Source: Adineta vaga (taxonomy: Eukaryota; Animalia; Rotifera). Taken from it: a stretch of 64,000 nucleotides of DNA. The translations under genes and the position numbers were made by a program. The notes below the pieces were generated by a model. It had not been told where the DNA came from. It saw only the letters and a program-made list of their open reading frames with translations, and made no database searches. Where the stretch lies: assembly GCA_021613535.1 (NCBI GenBank), contig CP075497.1, forward strand, positions 12,586,001-12,650,000, in the 5' to 3' direction. Shown piece after piece: positions 59,715 through 64,000 of the stretch (its first letter is position 1; the number at the start of each line of letters is the position of its first letter).

Positions 59715-61424
59715 TTAAATAATAATTGATGATGAATGATAAAGAGAACTATTAATGGATTCAGTTGTTGTTGATTGAAATATTTTCTTTGATTGCTTAA
59801 TTGGATATTGTTGAATAAATTCTTTTAATTTTTCTTTTTCAATATTTGTTTGACGAGAAAATTGTAAAGCTAAATAAGGTTTTTCGTTTAGTTCTTCTTG
59901 ATTTTCTCTTAAAAATATTCGATTTAACAAATTAAAATCATCTGTTGTATTTTTCAATGAATAAGTTTTCTTTCTTCGATATTGTTTTGATTTTTGAAAA
60001 TGTTCTTTTCGTTCTTGTCGTGTCCAATATCGACCTTGTTTGAATTCACTTAAAATTTCATCATCTGTTGTTGTTAATAAGGAATTCTTCTCTTCTTTTA
60101 AACGTTTTTCACGATATTGACGACGAATTAATTTTGAATTTTCTTTTTTTCGAAAAAGATTTTCTCGTTCAGAAGGAAATGGAAGTGGTTTAAGAATGAT
60201 CTTTTCATAATCTGTTGTTGTTGTTGTTTCAAATAAACTTTTTGATTGAAGAAATGAAGATATTGAATCAAATTTGAAAGTTTTTCGTACATCATTTAAA
60301 GAATAACAATGACGAAAGAAATTTTGTTTATTTGATTGAAGATTAATTGTTAAACAAGATAAACTATTTGATTTTCTTTTTAATTGATTTGAAAAGAAAT
60401 TTTTTTCAAAAGCTAAAATAATTCCACTATCATTTTCAGTTAACGGTGTTGTTATTGAAAGATTTTTGACTTGAAAACGTATTATTTGAAAAATAAGAAG
60501 TGATATTCCTTGAATTAATTCAATTGCTTGTTCTCGATTATAAACTTTTTCATTATTGATTTGAATGATTTGATCACCGCATTGAAATTCTCCTTGACGA
60601 TCTGCAATGCTATCATTTTCAATCTAAAATATTTTTCATTAATGAAAATTTTAATGAAATACTTTCTTCCAACTTTTTCAATATAAATATTTGTTTGATA
60701 TTCTGTTGTTATTCCGTAAGAAAGAGTTAAACCTAATTGTTGATTAGGATTATGACGATAAAGTATAATATCCTGTAAAAGAATGAATTTGATCGTTTTT
60801 TGAAAATAAAAAATCAATGAAATTTTACTTTGATACTGAAATGATTATTTAATGTTAAATAAGATTGATCAAATAATGAATAATATGAAGATTGACTTTT
60901 AAAACTAAAATGAAATCAAATATAATCATATGATTTGAATTCTTTCGATTAAAAATGAATAATGACATAGATTATCTTTGTCTTTAGTCAATTATATGTC
61001 TATTCGTAAATCGATTTGTTCATTGATGATTTCGTGACAGATCGATTTGCTTGATCAATTTGATAGAGAAAGAAAAAAAAAGGTAAAATCTTACTAATTA
61101 TTTTCTTGAAATTTATTTACTGAAGAGATTTTGTTCTTTGAATTGAGAATTATATCATCCTAAATAGAATTCAATGATTTATTAACTGATAATTTTCTTA
61201 TCTTGATTTTTTAATTTGATGAAAGATTTTTATTCAATTAGACGAAATATTCATTCTCAAGGAAAAAGAACATTTATTTTTACAATTGAATTTACTTTAG
61301 ATTAAGAATTCTATTCTTTAAGAAGAAACAAAAAACAACTTACTGATAAATTGATTTTCTTTTTTGATGAATTAACTTTTGAACCACAAATAAAATAATT
61401 GAATTTCAAACAACAATTTGCCAT
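59715..61424 (-). CDS. PDZ-domain protein, PDZRN3/4 / Slo-interacting-protein-like, no RING
   Basis: MANCCLK start; PDZ QLGLTLSYG...IYIEKIENDSIADRQGEFQCGDQIIQIN; ENDSG; TTTDDEILSEFKQGRYWTRQERKEH; hydrophobic C-terminus SSIII*. Confidence 0.8.
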
Positions 61425-62287
61425 TTTTTTACTAAAAGAATCTTAATATCTTCTTCTTCTTCTTTCCTTGATAGACAAATGAATAAACATAAGAGAAGAA
61501 ATCTTTCTCTTTATCTATGAAAGATTATATCAATAAGAGAAAGAAAAGATTCTCTCTCTCTAACGTCTTTTTTTTCTTGTTTATAGAATCTATTTAATCT
61601 GATATCTTTCTTTTTCTAATTATCGATTTGTTAAAAGAGAACTAATATTGATCAATGCTATTTAATACCTGTTGTCTGTTTCTTTCAAGAAGATAAATTA
61701 TCAGTAAATCGTATTGAATGACAACTGACATTAGTTATTTTTTATAGATTAGATGATAACAACTCTAAAGGTTATTCTTATTCATAAATCTTCTTTACTA
61801 TAACCTTCATCAATAATTGTTTTCACATATTTATCAACGAAAGAATTTCTTCTTCTTTTTTTTATTTATTATCTGATTAATTTGAGAGAATTTCTTTTCT
61901 TAATAATCGTTGATCAGTCAAATTATACTGAGTATTACCTTGACATTGAGATTATCAATATTAAACTGTTTCTTTGTTAATGTATTGATTTCTTTCATAG
62001 TAATTATCATAGATACTTCTATTAGTTCGGATATACTTGAAATCAAGTAAAAGTTTGTTTGCATTGATATTCTTATCCTTCGTTTATTCTTTGATATATT
62101 ATGTATTGAAGAAACACAACGTTTAGTAGAATATTTTTCCTACTATGGATAGAGTACTGTCCATATATTGAGAACTTTAAAATAGAACTATATTGTTCCT
62201 AGAGAAGACATCATATCTCTCAAAGAACATTTTACATCTTCAAAACCTTAGATATATAATACCATTTACCTAATCTTTGTATATCTA

Positions 62288-62380
62288 CCCATGTTTTCTA
62301 TTGCGATAAAAATGTGTCATAGTTGCGACGTAACTGCGAAATTTTTACCGCAACTATGCGCAACTGTGACACAGTCTTGG
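62288..62380. mobile_element. TA-flanked CCCA-type MITE; related fragment at about 62930-63035
   Basis: TA|CCCATG...GTCTTGG|TA; ttttctattgcgataaaaat shared with 62933-62952. Confidence 0.6.
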
Positions 62381-63255
62381 TAATGATAAGAATATCGAAA
62401 TAGATTGAAAATGCCAGTAGTTATTCATAAAAAAAGGACATTCATCTAATTAATACGGTGAAATCTCTCTTAATAAATATGTTTTGAACAGTTTCGTTAA
62501 TGTTCATCTTAGGAAGGTTTCATTGTACTATAATATTTGATAGAAGTATAATGTATGTTGAATACTTTTTTGCAAAATGTTTAGTAGATAACAAACGTTT
62601 ATCTATATCTTGCTTATATTATTCGTGTACATATAATGGCATATCTGTCTATATTCACTTGACGTACACGTTACACTTATTGATGTTTCGATTTTCGCGT
62701 GTGAACGATACTTGATTTCATTTCGAAAATGATGATTTTATCTATTAATCATCATCATTCTAAAATGTTCTTGTGAAAGCGTATATAATTTTCGTTAAAT
62801 AAAAGATTAAATAAAAAAGTTTAATTAAAAGAATTTCTATTATTCATCAATATGATACAGTATATCATACATTTCTTGATATATACTCATTTCTTTGAAT
62901 AACCTATAATTACTTGATAGTTTATTCGCATATTTTCTATTGCGATAAAAATAGCTCGCAAACTGCGACGCGCACTTGCGAAAAATTATGGAGCGATTAT
63001 AGGTAAATTGCGATTTTTTCACCGTAACAACATAGTCGTTGAAAAATATACAATATTGGTTATGGATAAATAATGCAATTTATATTCTGTAGATGAAGTC
63101 ATAACATATTTCAAAAGATTTTATTAAGACTAAAATTCATGTTAATATATATGAAAATAATTTCGAAAAAAAAACACAAATAAAACGTTTTCCAAAGAAA
63201 TTAAGATAAAGCAAAAAGAAAAATAGTTCGTTTTTTATTGATCTTGATAAATCGT

Positions 63256-63594
63256 TCAAGGATGATGACACTTGTTAACACAATTATCGTATTCTTTCTT
63301 GCGATCACAATAGTAGCCACCCGCACCAATTATACAAAAATTTCTTACGCAGACATCCTTACAACGACGCAATTCTTCTTCACGTTGTGCTGTACTCTTG
63401 AAGTAGTTTTTGATTCCTTTAATAAGTTTACCGAATATACGTTTTTCAATCAATCGTTCATTAGAATCAATGACTGTATTACGCTGGTTTAAATAAAGTT
63501 CATTGTCGTCGATATTTTCCATTAAATTTCTTCCTATGCAATTTGATACCAACAACATACTTATTAAGATAAAACATAGAACTTGAGTATTCAT
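63256..63594 (-). CDS. Secreted cysteine-rich prepro-peptide, candidate antimicrobial peptide or toxin
   Basis: Signal peptide, acidic propeptide ending KR, cationic helix IFGKLIKGIKNYFK, six Cys; TATA on the minus strand near 63670-63677. Confidence 0.85.
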   Translation of the reverse strand: MNTQVLCFILISMLLVSNCIGRNLMENIDDNELYLNQRNTVIDSNERLIEKRIFGKLIKGIKNYFKSTAQREEELRRCKDVCVRNFCIIGAGGYYCDRKKEYDNCVNKCHHP

Positions 63595-64000
63595 TGTGAT
63601 TTTTCACCAGCAAATGGAAGGTGTTTTTAAATGAAAAAAAAATTGTGAGGTGTAGCTTGCTTTTTCAGCTTTATATACAAATCAAACAATGACGTATACC
63701 AAGAGAAAGAAATATTTTGAATAAAAACCCAATCATCCGTATTTTTTTGTATATTTCACGAGATGAAGGATTCGATGTTAGTCACATTACATTTTTACAT
63801 TCTAATGAGACGTGCAGGTGATCAGATCGTAATTTTGTATCTATAAAAACCTTGAACTTGAAGTATATTTTTACCAATCATCCTACTCATAATGGAGGTC
63901 AAAGTCATTTTCTATTTATTAGATACATATTATGTGGATTGTTTTGATAAACAGTTTTTTAAAAAATGACAATCGTATGATAAATGATGAACTGAAAAAT

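Noticed and set aside
1-64000. Bacterial contamination or a prokaryotic defence island
   Set aside because: Foreign-type genes share the host base composition, some contain spliceosomal introns, and they are interleaved with intron-rich animal genes.

Overview
Very AT-rich eukaryotic DNA with compact genes and short (about 45-110 bp) GT-AG introns. The mix of animal genes, foreign-looking enzymes and characteristic repeats best fits a bdelloid rotifer (inference, not a database result). Animal-type genes: GRAMD1/Aster 3' end, CDC50/TMEM30, C1GALT1, a calpain-15/SOL-like protease, an EF-hand protein, a PIN-like protein, a secreted EGF protein, a galanin/allatostatin-type GPCR, NCOA5-like, FKBP4/5-like, a claudin-like protein, a Sec14/CRAL-TRIO protein, a PDZRN-like protein and tRNA-Met. 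Horizontal-transfer candidates: an intronless BAHD acyltransferase, a formamidase with introns and a mitochondrial-type presequence, a bacterial-type M48 peptidase with introns, an acyltransferase-3 gene and a methyltransferase relic. Mobile DNA: a Helentron derivative, hAT and TA-flanked MITEs, a MULE relic and telomere-like hairpins. Most notable: (i) a spliced 3-exon gene missed by the ORF track, encoding (GGTSTAH)x11 plus a Cys4 zinc ribbon; (ii) a prepro-peptide combining a cationic amphipathic helix with a 6-Cys domain (candidate new antimicrobial peptide); (iii) seven decayed, same-orientation partial 'echo' copies of resident loci lying 1.5-10 kb from their source.
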